Assembly (NCBI GenBank): GCA_017962745.1 | Contig: JAGCUR010000018.1 | Span: forward strand, 127,088-191,087 | DNA: 64,000 nt | From: Bacilli bacterium | Lineage (GTDB): Bacteria > Bacillota_I > Bacilli_A > ML615J-28 > CAG-698 | Direction of reading: 5' to 3' | Part shown: piece after piece, positions 29,075 through 39,170 of the stretch | How the letters are laid out: each line of letters begins with the position of its first letter | How positions within the stretch are numbered: the first letter of the stretch is position 1 | Made by a program: the position numbers and the translations under genes | Notes under the pieces: generated by a model | What the model saw: the letters and a program-made list of their open reading frames with translations, nothing else | What the model was told of the DNA's origin: nothing | The model's database searches: none

Positions 29075-30778
29075 ATGTTGTATATTTTTTATGATGTTTT
29101 ATTTGCTATATCTATAATTCTAACGTTATTTTATATAATGATATGGCATAAGCATTTTGATGTTCACATTACCTTAATATTTATATTAGTACCAATTGAG
29201 ACATTAGGCTATTTCTTATTAACCCACTGCGAAACGATAGAAGCAGCAATTGTTGTTAATAAATTAACATATTTTGGTGGGTGCTATTTAGGACTAGTTA
29301 TTTTATTTGCGGTATGTAGTTTGTGTGACATTAAAATTAATAAATGGGTAAAACTAGGATTATTATTAGCATCAACTATTGCTTACCTTTCAGCTTTGAC
29401 AGTAGGATATTTAGATATTTTCTATAAATCAATAACGATGGAAAGAATAAATGGGGTAAATGTATTTACTAAAGAATACAATTACATGCATACTTTCTTT
29501 TATGTAGTTGTAATAGTAGATTTTTTATTAAGCTTAGCGGCAATGATTTATGCAAATATCAAGAAAAAACAAATATCAAATAGAGTCATTAGACTTCTAT
29601 ATTTTCCGGCAGTCGTATCAGTGCTTGCTTTCTTTGGCGGTAGAAGAATAATTAAGAATTTAGAATTGTTGCCACTTGCTTATGTATTTGCACAAGTTAT
29701 CTATTTATTTATTATTTATAGATTACGTTTATATGATATTACCGATTCAGCAATTGACTCTTTAGTCAACAAAGGTGATACGGGCTTTGCTTCATTCGAT
29801 TTTAAATATCGTTATTTAGGCTCTAATCAAACAGCTAAAGATATATTTGATAGTCTAAATCAAATGCCAGTAGATAAGCCTCTTGATAATAATAATGTTT
29901 TTGATCAAAATGTTCTTAACTGGTTAGAAGATTTTAAAAATGATGAGGGGAAATCAGTCGTATATTATTCAGTAAACGATCATATTTATGAAGTGCAAAT
30001 AACTTATTTATATGATGGTAAACGTAAAAGAGGATATCAACTATTCATAACTGATGATACAAAGAACCAACAATACATTAAATTAATCAATTCGTTCAAC
30101 GAAGAGCTAACTAAAGAAGTAGAAATTAAAACAGCTAACCTTGTTAAGATGCACAATAAATTTATATTGGGCATGGCAACAATGGTTGAAAGTAGAGATA
30201 ACTCAACAGGTGGTCACATCAAGCGAACTAGTGAGGGCGTTCGAATATTGCTCGATGAAATGAGAACTGATCCTAACAATAATATTGATGATAAATTTTA
30301 TTTCAATATGATTAAAGCAGCGCCAATGCATGATTTAGGTAAGATTGCTGTTGATGATGTAGTTTTAAGAAAACCAGGCAAGTTTACACCTGAAGAATTT
30401 GAGATAATGAAGACCCATTCGGAAAAAGGAGTTGGTATTATTAGACAAATACTAGCTGATACTGATGATGATTATTTCAAAGGGATCGCAGAAAATGTTG
30501 CCCATTATCATCACGAAAGATGGGATGGATCGGGTTATCCTCATCATTTAGTAGGAGATGAAATTCCAATCGAAGCCATAATCATGGCAGTAGCTGATGT
30601 ATATGATGCATTAGTTAGTAAAAGAGTATACAAAGATTCGATGAGTTTTAGCGAAGCAGATAAAATAATGATGGAAAGTTTTGGCAAACATTTTGACCCA
30701 GAATTGCAAAAATATTATGTAGCTGCCCGTCCAAAACTAGAAGAATATTATATGAAAGAAGATAAACAAAACTTGTAG
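29075..30778 (+). CDS. Membrane-bound HD-GYP domain phosphodiesterase (c-di-GMP signalling)
   Basis: About 7 N-terminal TM helices (7TMR-like), then an HD domain with HDLGK and the HHERWDGSGYP HD-GYP signature. Confidence 0.8.
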   Translation: MLYIFYDVLFAISIILTLFYIMIWHKHFDVHITLIFILVPIETLGYFLLTHCETIEAAIVVNKLTYFGGCYLGLVILFAVCSLCDIKINKWVKLGLLLASTIAYLSALTVGYLDIFYKSITMERINGVNVFTKEYNYMHTFFYVVVIVDFLLSLAAMIYANIKKKQISNRVIRLLYFPAVVSVLAFFGGRRIIKNLELLPLAYVFAQVIYLFIIYRLRLYDITDSAIDSLVNKGDTGFASFDFKYRYLGSNQTAKDIFDSLNQMPVDKPLDNNNVFDQNVLNWLEDFKNDEGKSVVYYSVNDHIYEVQITYLYDGKRKRGYQLFITDDTKNQQYIKLINSFNEELTKEVEIKTANLVKMHNKFILGMATMVESRDNSTGGHIKRTSEGVRILLDEMRTDPNNNIDDKFYFNMIKAAPMHDLGKIAVDDVVLRKPGKFTPEEFEIMKTHSEKGVGIIRQILADTDDDYFKGIAENVAHYHHERWDGSGYPHHLVGDEIPIEAIIMAVADVYDALVSKRVYKDSMSFSEADKIMMESFGKHFDPELQKYYVAARPKLEEYYMKEDKQNL

Positions 30779-30798
30779 TTTCTCTACAAGTTTTTTTT
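30770..30798 (+). terminator. Rho-independent terminator after the HD-GYP gene
   Basis: cttgtag-tttct-ctacaag hairpin followed by T8. Confidence 0.6.
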
Positions 30799-30838
30799 AT
30801 AAATATTAAAAATATCTTAAAAAAATGATGTTAACCTA

Positions 30839-30866
30839 TTGCAAAATAATAATAACGTTGTATAAT
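30839..30866 (+). promoter_or_regulatory. Sigma-70-type promoter of clpB
   Basis: TTGCAA-16-TATAAT immediately upstream of the CIRCE element. Confidence 0.5.
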
Positions 30867-30877
30867 GGTATTGTAGA

Positions 30878-30904
30878 TTAGCACTCGGGGTGTTAGAGTG
30901 CTAA
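30878..30904 (+). promoter_or_regulatory. CIRCE operator (HrcA binding site)
   Basis: Perfect TTAGCACTC-N9-GAGTGCTAA inverted repeat between the promoter and the clpB RBS. Confidence 0.8.
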
Positions 30905-30931
30905 ATATTAACGATAAGGAGGAGAACTATA

Positions 30932-33049
30932 ATGGAAATGCAAGATTATAGCAAGGATGAAAACATTCTTGAAAAGTTTGGTCGTGATGTAACTGATGCA
31001 GTTAAAGCCGGCAAAATTGATCCTGTTATTGGTCGTGAAGACGAAATCTTAAGAATCATTAAAATTCTCGCCAGAAAGACTAAGAACAACCCAATCTTAA
31101 TCGGTTTACCAGGTGTTGGTAAAACTGCTATTATTGAAGGCTTAGCAACCCGAATTGTGAAAGAAGATGTACCAGCTAATTTGAAAGGTTGTCATATTTA
31201 CGAACTAGATATGGCTTCACTTGTTGCTGGGGCTAAGTTTAGGGGTGAATTTGAGGAAAGATTTAAAGCTGTCCTTAAAAAGATTCAAGAGAGTAACGGA
31301 AATATCATCATGTTTATTGATGAGATTCACTTAATTGTAGGGGCTGGTCAAGCAGAAGGAGCAATTGATGCTGGTAATATGTTAAAGCCAATGCTAGCTC
31401 GTGGTGAACTTCATTGTATCGGTGCTACTACATTAAATGAATATCGTAAATATATTGAAAAAGATACTGCGCTTGAACGTCGTTTCCAAAAAGTAATGAT
31501 TAATGAACCAAGTGTAGAAGATACTATTAGTATCTTAAGAGGTTTAAAGGAAAGATTTGAATTGTTCCATGGAGTAAGAATTTCTGATTCGGCTATTATT
31601 GCTGCTGCGACACTATCTAATAGATACATAACTGATAGATTCTTACCAGATAAAGCCATCGACTTAATCGATGAAGCTTGTGCTTCAATTAGAACACAGC
31701 TCGATAGTAAACCAACGGAACTTGATAATATCGACCGTCATATCATGCAACTTGAAATCGAAGCAGCATCTTTGAAGAAAGAAACTGATCCTTTAAGTAA
31801 ACAAAGATTAGCTAAAATCAATGAAGAACTAGATGCTAAGAAGAAAGAATCAAAAGAACTAGAAGCTAAGTGGCATCAAGAAAAGAAAGATATTGATTCT
31901 ATCAATGAAAAACAAAAGAAACTTGACACTCTTCGTAACGACTATGAAGTTGCTTTAAAGAACTGTGATTATAACAAAGCTAGTGAGATTTATTATAAAT
32001 CAATTCCTGCTCTAGAAGCAGAATTAAACGAAGCTAAGAAAGAATCAGACAAATTACTTAGTGAAGTAGTAACCGAAAATGATATTGCTAATATCATTTC
32101 AGCTAGTACTAATATCCCAGTAGCAAAACTAGTTAAAGGGGATAAAGAGAAATTATTAGGTCTAGAAGATACTTTGCGTAAAAGAGTAATCGGTCAAGAT
32201 TACGCATTAAGCGTTGTAGCTGATGCAATTATTAGACAAAGAGCTGGTATTAAGGATGAAAGAAGACCAATAGGATCATTCTTATTCTTAGGTCCAACTG
32301 GTGTTGGTAAGACTGAAGTATGTAAAAGCTTAGCTGAAGCTTTGTTTGATAGTGAGTCTCATATCGTAAGATTCGATATGAGTGAATATATGGAACCACA
32401 TTCGGTAGCTAAGTTAATTGGAGCCCCTCCAGGATATGTAGGCTATGATGAAGGTGGACAGTTAACTGAAGCTGTTAGAAGAAAACCATATTCAATTGTA
32501 TTGTTTGATGAAATAGAAAAAGCTCATCATGATGTATTTAATATTTTACTTCAATTACTTGATGATGGTAGAATTACTGATTCACAAGGAAGAACTGTTG
32601 ACTTTAAGAATACAGTTATCATTATGACATCAAATATTGGTAGTGAATACTTATTAAAAGGATCAGATAAAGCAACATACGATAAAGTAATGGATTTAGT
32701 TAGAGCTAACTTTAAACCAGAACTATTAAATCGTATCGATGAAATAGTTATGTTTAATGCTTTAGGAAAAGACGTTCAAGTTAAGATTGTGGATAAGATG
32801 TTAGATGACTTACGTGCAAGACTTGATAATAATCATATTAAGATGGACTATTCATCTAGACTTAAAGATTATGTCATTGATAATAGTTATTCACCAGAAT
32901 ATGGTGCCCGTCCAATCAAACGTTTTATTCAACATAACCTAGAAACTTATGTTGCGAAAGCGATTATTGAAGGTAGATTAATCCCTGGTAAATCATATTT
33001 ACTAGATTATGATGGGGAAATTAAAATTATAGAGAGTAGAAGTAATTAA
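30932..33049 (+). CDS. clpB: Chaperone ClpB lacking the N-terminal Clp_N domain
   Basis: Two AAA+ modules (GLPGVGKT and GPTGVGKT Walker A) separated by a long coiled-coil M-domain. 705 aa, starting directly at NBD1 as in Mollicutes-type ClpB. Confidence 0.9.
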   Translation: MEMQDYSKDENILEKFGRDVTDAVKAGKIDPVIGREDEILRIIKILARKTKNNPILIGLPGVGKTAIIEGLATRIVKEDVPANLKGCHIYELDMASLVAGAKFRGEFEERFKAVLKKIQESNGNIIMFIDEIHLIVGAGQAEGAIDAGNMLKPMLARGELHCIGATTLNEYRKYIEKDTALERRFQKVMINEPSVEDTISILRGLKERFELFHGVRISDSAIIAAATLSNRYITDRFLPDKAIDLIDEACASIRTQLDSKPTELDNIDRHIMQLEIEAASLKKETDPLSKQRLAKINEELDAKKKESKELEAKWHQEKKDIDSINEKQKKLDTLRNDYEVALKNCDYNKASEIYYKSIPALEAELNEAKKESDKLLSEVVTENDIANIISASTNIPVAKLVKGDKEKLLGLEDTLRKRVIGQDYALSVVADAIIRQRAGIKDERRPIGSFLFLGPTGVGKTEVCKSLAEALFDSESHIVRFDMSEYMEPHSVAKLIGAPPGYVGYDEGGQLTEAVRRKPYSIVLFDEIEKAHHDVFNILLQLLDDGRITDSQGRTVDFKNTVIIMTSNIGSEYLLKGSDKATYDKVMDLVRANFKPELLNRIDEIVMFNALGKDVQVKIVDKMLDDLRARLDNNHIKMDYSSRLKDYVIDNSYSPEYGARPIKRFIQHNLETYVAKAIIEGRLIPGKSYLLDYDGEIKIIESRSN

Positions 33050-33060
33050 AGGAGAACCAA

Positions 33061-34977
33061 ATGGCAGAAACAATAAAGTTTAAAACCGAATCGAAAAAGA
33101 TATTAGAATTAATGATTAATTCTATTTATACCAATAAAGATGTATTCTTAAGAGAATTAATATCTAATGCATCTGATGCAATCGATAAATATCATTATTT
33201 ATCATTAACTGGTAAAGACTTACCACGTAAAAATGATTATGAAATTGATATTGAAATCGATAAGAAGAATAGACTTTTAAAGATATCTGATAATGGTATA
33301 GGTATGACACATGAAGAATTAATTGAATCCCTTGGTACTATTGCTAAGAGTGGATCAAAAGATTTCATGGAAAAGATCGCTAAACTTAAAGGCGAAGAAG
33401 CAAAAGATATCGATATTATCGGTCAGTTTGGTGTCGGCTTCTATTCCGCTTTCATGGTAGCTAGTGAAATTGAAGTCAATACGCGTAGCTTATTTGATAC
33501 TAAAGGCTATAAGTTTACATCTAAAGGTGAAGATTCTTATACAATTGAAGAAATTGAAAAAGAAGAATCAGGAACCGAAGTTATCATTCACTTAAGAAAG
33601 AAAACAGATGAATTTGACTTTGATAAATATTTAGAAGAATGGCAAATCAAAGATTTAGTTAAACAATATTCTGATTACATCCGTTATCCAATTAAGATGG
33701 AAACTACTAAGAGGGAAAAGACACCTGATTCAACTGATGAAGATCCAAAGTATGAAGATGTTAAGAGTGTTGAGACTCTTAACAGTATGATGCCTATTTG
33801 GAAGAAGAATAAAAATGATGTAACTGAAGAAGAATATAATGAGTTTTATCATAATAAGTTTTATGATTATAAAGACCCAGCTATGCATATGCTAGTTAAT
33901 ATTGAAGGTAAACTAGAATATACAGCCCTACTTTATATTCCAAGTGCAGCTCCATATGATTTATATTCAGAAAAGTATGAAAAAGGATTACAACTTTATT
34001 CTAAAGGCGTCTTCATCATGGATAAGTGTAAAGAATTAATCCCTGATTACTTAAAGTTTGTTAAGGGGTTAGTGGACTCAAGCGACTTAGATTTAAACAT
34101 CTCGCGTGAGATGTTACAAAAGTCTAAAGTTTTACACGAAATTGAAGAAAACTTAGAGAAGAAGATTGTAGCAAAGCTTGAAAGTCTTAAAAAAGATGAT
34201 TTTGATAAGTATGTAGAGTTCTTTAAGAACTTTGGCTTACACCTAAAATTTGGTATTTATGAAAGTTATGGGTTAAAGAAAGACTTACTTAAAGATTTAA
34301 TTATCTATTCTTCAATCAATGAAGAAAAGATGATTGGCTTTAAAGAGTATGTAGAGAAGATGCCTAAAGATCAAGAGTATATTTACTATGCATCTGGTAA
34401 GAGCAAAGATGCGATCCTTGCAATGCCACAAATGGATTTAGTTAAAAAACATGGTTATGATGTTTTAATTCTAAATGATAATGTGGATGAATTCTTGATG
34501 AATATCTTAATGGATTACGATGGTAAGAAGTTTAAATCAATTAATCAAGGTGATCTTGATATCCTTGATAAGGATGAAGCTAAAAAAATCGAAGAATTAA
34601 ATGAAACTAAGAAACCATTCTTAGAGGCAATGAAGAATGCTTTAGCTAGTAAAGTTAGCGATGTAAGATTATCAAAGAGACTTACAGATAGCGCATGTTG
34701 TCTAGTATCAAGTGATGGAATTAGTTTTGAAATGGAAAAAGTCTTAGCTGAAAATCCAGCGGGAAGCGATGCTAAAGCGGAAAAGATTTTGGAATTAAAT
34801 CCAAATCATGATTTATTTAAAGCTTTAGAGAAACTTTATTATGATTCTCCTTTAGAGATTAATGAATATGCTGACTTACTTTATGATCAGGCATTATTGA
34901 TGGAAGGATTTAATCTAGATAATCCAGTTGAGTTTTCAAATAAGATGACAAGTTTAATGATTAAAGCATTAAAATAA
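33061..34977 (+). CDS. htpG: Molecular chaperone HtpG (Hsp90)
   Basis: Carries the ELISNASDALDK GHKL ATPase motif and GQFGVGFYS. 638 aa, 11 bp after clpB in the same operon. Confidence 0.9.
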   Translation: MAETIKFKTESKKILELMINSIYTNKDVFLRELISNASDAIDKYHYLSLTGKDLPRKNDYEIDIEIDKKNRLLKISDNGIGMTHEELIESLGTIAKSGSKDFMEKIAKLKGEEAKDIDIIGQFGVGFYSAFMVASEIEVNTRSLFDTKGYKFTSKGEDSYTIEEIEKEESGTEVIIHLRKKTDEFDFDKYLEEWQIKDLVKQYSDYIRYPIKMETTKREKTPDSTDEDPKYEDVKSVETLNSMMPIWKKNKNDVTEEEYNEFYHNKFYDYKDPAMHMLVNIEGKLEYTALLYIPSAAPYDLYSEKYEKGLQLYSKGVFIMDKCKELIPDYLKFVKGLVDSSDLDLNISREMLQKSKVLHEIEENLEKKIVAKLESLKKDDFDKYVEFFKNFGLHLKFGIYESYGLKKDLLKDLIIYSSINEEKMIGFKEYVEKMPKDQEYIYYASGKSKDAILAMPQMDLVKKHGYDVLILNDNVDEFLMNILMDYDGKKFKSINQGDLDILDKDEAKKIEELNETKKPFLEAMKNALASKVSDVRLSKRLTDSACCLVSSDGISFEMEKVLAENPAGSDAKAEKILELNPNHDLFKALEKLYYDSPLEINEYADLLYDQALLMEGFNLDNPVEFSNKMTSLMIKALK

Positions 34978-34986
34978 AAATAAATG

Positions 34987-35015
34987 GTGCACTTAAAAAA
35001 AGTGCATCATTTTTT
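34987..35015 (+). terminator. Rho-independent terminator after htpG
   Basis: gtgcactt-aaaaa-aagtgcat hairpin followed by T5. Confidence 0.5.
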
Positions 35016-35031
35016 AGTTAATAGTAGTTTA

Positions 35032-35060
35032 TTGACAGGAATAATTGGTTTTAATATAAT
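35032..35060 (+). promoter_or_regulatory. Sigma-70-type promoter inside the annotated 5' end of ORF 34984, implying a later start for that gene
   Basis: TTGACA-17-TATAAT followed by a GGAGG RBS 8 nt before the ATG at 35095. Confidence 0.5.
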
Positions 35061-35094
35061 GGGGTTAGTAAATGATGTCTTGTGGAGGAAACTA

Positions 35095-35634
35095 ATGAAA
35101 ACTGCATCGACTGTTTTTAGCTGGCTGGGAGCAATAACTAGTTCCATTTTGTCAATTTATTTATTTAATAGAGGAACGTATAATATTAGTCCTGTATTGT
35201 TTTGGATTTTATTCGTTGTGATATCATTAATTAGATTTATTATATTGGTTTGTAGGAACAGTGAAATTGAAGCTGGGAATAAGGTTAGATGCGGTGTATG
35301 GACATTACTATTTGTAAGTACCATTGGTGGCATTATGACATTTTGTATTCCTGATGAACATAGAAGTTATAACCGCGGCAATTCACCTGATGATATGACA
35401 CCATTAGAGAGGCTATCTAAGATTACTAAGTATGAAAACCAACTAAGCAATGGTGAAATCAGTATGGAAGTGTACAAACAAAAAATGTCACTTCTAGATG
35501 GCAGCGCTCAATATGATACAAAACAACTAACCGAGCAAGAAAAAATAAATATAATTAGGCAATATAAGGAATTGCTAGATGATGGATTAATAACTGAAGA
35601 AGAATTTAATAATAAGAAGAAAGAAATATTATGA
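35095..35634 (+). CDS. Membrane protein with C-terminal SHOCT domains
   Basis: Three TM helices, then two short SHOCT-like repeats (ISMEVYKQKMSLL; GLITEEEFNNKKKEIL). Start chosen downstream of the internal promoter. Confidence 0.55.
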   Translation: MKTASTVFSWLGAITSSILSIYLFNRGTYNISPVLFWILFVVISLIRFIILVCRNSEIEAGNKVRCGVWTLLFVSTIGGIMTFCIPDEHRSYNRGNSPDDMTPLERLSKITKYENQLSNGEISMEVYKQKMSLLDGSAQYDTKQLTEQEKINIIRQYKELLDDGLITEEEFNNKKKEIL

Positions 35635-35699
35635 TTCATTTATAAAAATGAATCATTTTTTATTTACATTATTTAAATAATCATTTATAATGAACTAAA

Positions 35700-35964
35700 C
35701 TGATGAGAAAGAAATTAAACTAGTGATTATTTTATAGAGATTTAGGGATGGTGGAAACCTAATAAATGTAACTAGCAAGTGGGCTTTCAAGGGCGAACAG
35801 AAAAAGATATTATTCTTTAGTATGGGTGACGTGTTGTTTACGTTATAAAACAAGAAAAGTGATTGCTTTTCGTAAATGAGAGAAAGAAAACATTTGTTTT
35901 CTTTAATAAAGGTGGCACCGCAGGTTTATGACTTGTCCTTTAGATTTAGGATAGGTCTTTTTTT
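35700..35964 (+). promoter_or_regulatory. T-box leader (tRNA-sensing riboswitch) with terminator, upstream of trpB
   Basis: Conserved T-box sequence aaaGGTGGcACCgCagg at 35908-35924. This is followed by the terminator hairpin gacttgtcc-N10-ggataggtc plus T7 at 35930-35964. The 5' extent is approximate. Confidence 0.5.
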
Positions 35965-35991
35965 ATTGGCCTATCAAGAAGGAGGAAAATT

Positions 35992-37218
35992 ATGAAGATT
36001 AATGACGTTGATTTTGAGACTTACTTGAAAAATTATCCGACGAAGGATGGCTATTTTGGCAAGTATGGTGGCAGTTTTATTAGTGATGATTTAAAGAAAG
36101 CTTTTAAAGAGATTAATGATGCTTATTTAACAATCTGTAAATCAGCTAAGTTTATTAGCGAACTACGTAGAATTAGAAAGGAATTTCAAGGTAGACCGAC
36201 ACCTTTATACCATTGTGAACGCTTATCACAAAGCGTAGGCAGTGGTAAAGTACAAATCTATCTAAAAAGAGAAGATCTTAATCATACTGGTGCGCATAAG
36301 CTTAACCATTGTATGGGTGAAGGATTACTGGCTAAATATTTAGGCAAGAAAAAGATAATCGCCGAAACTGGGGCTGGTCAACACGGGGTTGCTTTAGCTA
36401 CAGCTGCAGCATACTTTGGGCTTGAATGTGAAATTCATATGGGAATAGTGGATGTTAGGAAACAAGCACCAAATGTAGCGCGTATGAAAGTATTAGGAGC
36501 AAAGGTTATAGAAGTAACTGATGGGGAAGGTACGCTTAAAGAAGCAGTTGATTCCGCATTCATCAGTTATTCTAAGCAATATAAAGATGCAATTTATTGT
36601 ATAGGTTCCGTAGTAGGGCCTCATCCATTCCCAATGATTGTTAGGGATTTCCAAAGCGTTGTAGGCATTGAAGCTAGAGAACAATTCTTAGAAATGACTG
36701 GAGAACTACCGGATGTGATTACAGCATGTGTAGGTGGAGGCAGCAATAGTGCGGGTTTATTTATCCCATTTTTGAATGATCCAGTTAAGATTGTTGGCGT
36801 AGAAGCCTTTGGTAAAGGTAAAGATGCCAATTCCGCAAGCATTACTTATGGATCTGAAGGGGTACTTCATGGCTTTAACTCAATTATGCTTAAAGATGAA
36901 AAAGGTAATCCAGGATTAGCTTACTCAATTGCTAGTGGCCTAGATTATCCATCAGTTGGCCCTGAACATGCTTTCTTATATGATATTGGTAGAATTAGTT
37001 ATGAAGGCATAACTGATGAAGAAGCAATTGATGCTTTCTTCAAGCTTTCACGCCTTGAAGGAATTATTCCAGCATTAGAGAGTTCACATGCGGTAGCATA
37101 TGCAATTAAACTAGCAGGGCAAATGGATCACGGCTCAATTTTAGTCAACTTGTCAGGTAGAGGTGACAAAGATTTAGATTATGTTATTGAAAAATATGGA
37201 AAAAAATATATAATGTAA
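35992..37218 (+). CDS. trpB: Tryptophan synthase beta chain, stand-alone (no trpA adjacent)
   Basis: PLP-lysine motif [15 protein letters not shown] and GGGSNSAG. 408 aa. Not followed by trpA. Confidence 0.85.
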   Translation: MKINDVDFETYLKNYPTKDGYFGKYGGSFISDDLKKAFKEINDAYLTICKSAKFISELRRIRKEFQGRPTPLYHCERLSQSVGSGKVQIYLKREDLNHTGAHKLNHCMGEGLLAKYLGKKKIIAETGAGQHGVALATAAAYFGLECEIHMGIVDVRKQAPNVARMKVLGAKVIEVTDGEGTLKEAVDSAFISYSKQYKDAIYCIGSVVGPHPFPMIVRDFQSVVGIEAREQFLEMTGELPDVITACVGGGSNSAGLFIPFLNDPVKIVGVEAFGKGKDANSASITYGSEGVLHGFNSIMLKDEKGNPGLAYSIASGLDYPSVGPEHAFLYDIGRISYEGITDEEAIDAFFKLSRLEGIIPALESSHAVAYAIKLAGQMDHGSILVNLSGRGDKDLDYVIEKYGKKYIM

Positions 37219-37228
37219 TAGTACGGGT

Positions 37229-37311
37229 GGGGCTATGGCGAAACTGGTAGACGCGTTACTCTCAGACGGTAATGTTTTAACGTGTGAGTTCGACTCTCAC
37301 TAGCCCCACCA
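37229..37311 (+). tRNA. tRNA-Leu (anticodon CAG) with long variable arm, CCA encoded
   Basis: Acceptor stem GGGGCTA/TAGCCCC, 3-bp D stem, anticodon stem TTACT/GGTAA with loop CTCAGAC, T arm GTGAG-TTCGACT-CTCAC, and a long variable arm. Confidence 0.7.
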
Positions 37312-37317
37312 AAATAA

Positions 37318-37391
37318 GCAGGTATGGTTTAATGGTAGAACATCTGCTTCCCAAGCAGAGGGTGCGGGTTCGATTCCCGTTACTTGCTCCA
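37318..37391 (+). tRNA. tRNA-Gly (anticodon CCC as folded by eye), CCA encoded
   Basis: Acceptor GCAGGTA/TACTTGC, anticodon stem TCTGC/GCAGA with loop TTCCCAA, T arm GCGGG-TTCGATT-CCCGT. Confidence 0.65.
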
Positions 37392-37400
37392 ATGATTTTA

Positions 37401-37432
37401 TTACGGTTGTTATTTTTAACCGTATTTTTTTT
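37401..37432 (+). terminator. Rho-independent terminator after the trpB-tRNA unit
   Basis: acggtt-N9-aaccgt hairpin followed by T9. Confidence 0.55.
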
Positions 37433-37866
37433 AAAAACCACGTATGATTCTTACAAGCAAGTAGCAAATCATGAGTACGTTTTCATAAAATATTCATTTA
37501 AAAATTAATGAAAATGGTGTAAAATGTTAATAACATAATGAATAAAAACATTATGTAGACAAAACAAAGTCTTTAAAACTCCAGACTACATATAAATATA
37601 GATCTGTATTATGTGGAAAGGAAGTGTTTAACTATGAAGTTCTTATATGAATTATTCAAAACAATGGCTGACGTTTTAATCATTTGTAACGTAAATATAT
37701 CTGATCCTAAATGTTAATAATGTCAGTTAATAAAAGCATAATTGTTTAAAGCGACAATTATGCTTTTTTGTATCTTTTTTAAGCGGAGAATGCGGCATCG
37801 ATATTGGTTACCTAGCGAGCTAAACTTGAAGGCATTTTGTAATAGTTGCCAAATGTCTTTTGTAAT

Positions 37867-37966
37867 TGTTGTTTGTTATTAATGCTTTTTTTGCTGTATC
37901 ATTTAAGTATAAGTAGTAAAAAGGAGAAAAGAAATGTTTAATCGCCTGAAATTTGATGAGAAAAAA
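37867..37966 (+). repeat. Direct repeat copy A (about 95 bp, about 90% identical to 39438-39534), a duplicated promoter-RBS-start region of the decarboxylase gene
   Basis: ttgtttgttatta..gcttttttgctgtatcatttaagtataa.ta.taaaaaggagaaaagaaatgttt.atcgcct.aaatt.gat.agaaaaa is shared by both copies. Confidence 0.8.
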
Positions 37967-38035
37967 GTTCATTTATTCTCTCATTTGGTATTCAGTTTTA
38001 CGAGAAAGATTGTAAAAACGAGAGAATCTATATAA
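37934..38035 (+). pseudogene. Truncated duplicate of the 5' end of the decarboxylase gene (33-codon ORF)
   Basis: MFNRLKFDEKK matches the MFDRLKFDKKN start of the 39503 gene. Homology then ends and a stop follows after 33 codons. Confidence 0.45.
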
Positions 38036-38123
38036 TAAATTATAAGCAAACAGGCGCAAATAATTGTTTTTTCTCACCAAAGGTGATATAATTGGTGCGT
38101 AAATAATAAGGATGGTGAGCAAA

Positions 38124-39170
38124 ATGAAGAAATTTAACTACTCAAACTTAAAAAATAAAACTTGGGATATCAAGATAATTAATTATTTGACTCAAATCCA
38201 TGAAGAAAAAGGTAAACAACAATTGTTTTTAAAACAAAAGCCTGAAGAATTAGAAAAGTTAGTTATTATTGCAAAAATACAAAGTACTGAATCATCTAAT
38301 GAAATTGAGGGTATTAGGACAACTAATACTAGACTAAAACAATTAGTGAATGAAAAAACAGCTCCTAAAAATAGAGCTGAAGAAGAAATTGCAGGATATA
38401 GAGATGCACTAAACATTGTACATGAAAATTTTGATTCGATACCTATTACCCCTAATTTTATTCTTCAATTACATAAAGTATTGTTATCTCATACATCAAC
38501 TTCATATGGTGGAAAATATAAGAATGTCCAAAATTATATTAGTGCGACAAATGAAAATGGAAAACCATGTACTTTATTCACTCCATTATCACCATTTGAG
38601 ACACCAATCGCAATGCAAGAATTATGCGATGAATACAATAGAGCTCTTGGTGAAGGAGTAGTAGATCCACTTATTTTAATTCCGCTGTTCATTCATGACT
38701 TTTTATGTATCCACCCTTTTATTGATGGAAACGGAAGAATGTCAAGATTATTAACGACACTGCTTCTATATCGTTCTGGTTATTATGTAGGAAAGTATAT
38801 ATCACTTGAAGCTAAGATAGCTAAGAATAAAGATTTATATTATGATGCATTATATGATTCTCAAATTGGATGGCACGAAAATGAAGATGACGCTACTCCA
38901 TTTATTAAGTATTTGTTAAGTACAATTGTTAGTGCATATAATGATTTTGAAGAAAGAGTAGAATTAGTGTCAGACAAGAGGTCTAGTATTGAAGTGGTAA
39001 GAATGGCAGTTAATTCTAAACTGGGAAAATTCACAAAGAGGGATATACTAGAACTAGTGCCTTCATTATCATCAACTAGTATTGAAAGAAGTTTAAAAGA
39101 ATTATGTGATTCAGGCGAAATAAGAAAAGAAGGCGTTGGTAAGTCAACATTTTATATTAGATTAAAATAA
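38124..39170 (+). CDS. Fic-family protein (AMPylator/adenylyltransferase fold)
   Basis: Canonical Fic motif HPFIDGNGRMSRLL, about 350 aa, C-terminal winged-helix-like region. Start set at the second ATG, which has better RBS spacing (38112 is possible). Confidence 0.8.
   Translation: MKKFNYSNLKNKTWDIKIINYLTQIHEEKGKQQLFLKQKPEELEKLVIIAKIQSTESSNEIEGIRTTNTRLKQLVNEKTAPKNRAEEEIAGYRDALNIVHENFDSIPITPNFILQLHKVLLSHTSTSYGGKYKNVQNYISATNENGKPCTLFTPLSPFETPIAMQELCDEYNRALGEGVVDPLILIPLFIHDFLCIHPFIDGNGRMSRLLTTLLLYRSGYYVGKYISLEAKIAKNKDLYYDALYDSQIGWHENEDDATPFIKYLLSTIVSAYNDFEERVELVSDKRSSIEVVRMAVNSKLGKFTKRDILELVPSLSSTSIERSLKELCDSGEIRKEGVGKSTFYIRLK

Noticed and set aside
34984-35094. Annotated N-terminal 37 codons of ORF 34984
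   Set aside because: This stretch contains the htpG terminator hairpin and a full TTGACA-17-TATAAT promoter followed by a GGAGG RBS. The gene most likely starts at 35095.
37284-37508. 74-aa ORF across the tRNA genes
   Set aside because: It overlaps two cloverleaf tRNAs and the terminator. This is a translation artefact of structured RNA genes.
38416-38661. 81-aa ORF in an alternative frame inside the Fic gene
   Set aside because: It overlaps the Fic coding region, whose frame contains the HPFIDGNGR motif. The alternative frame is AT-rich noise.
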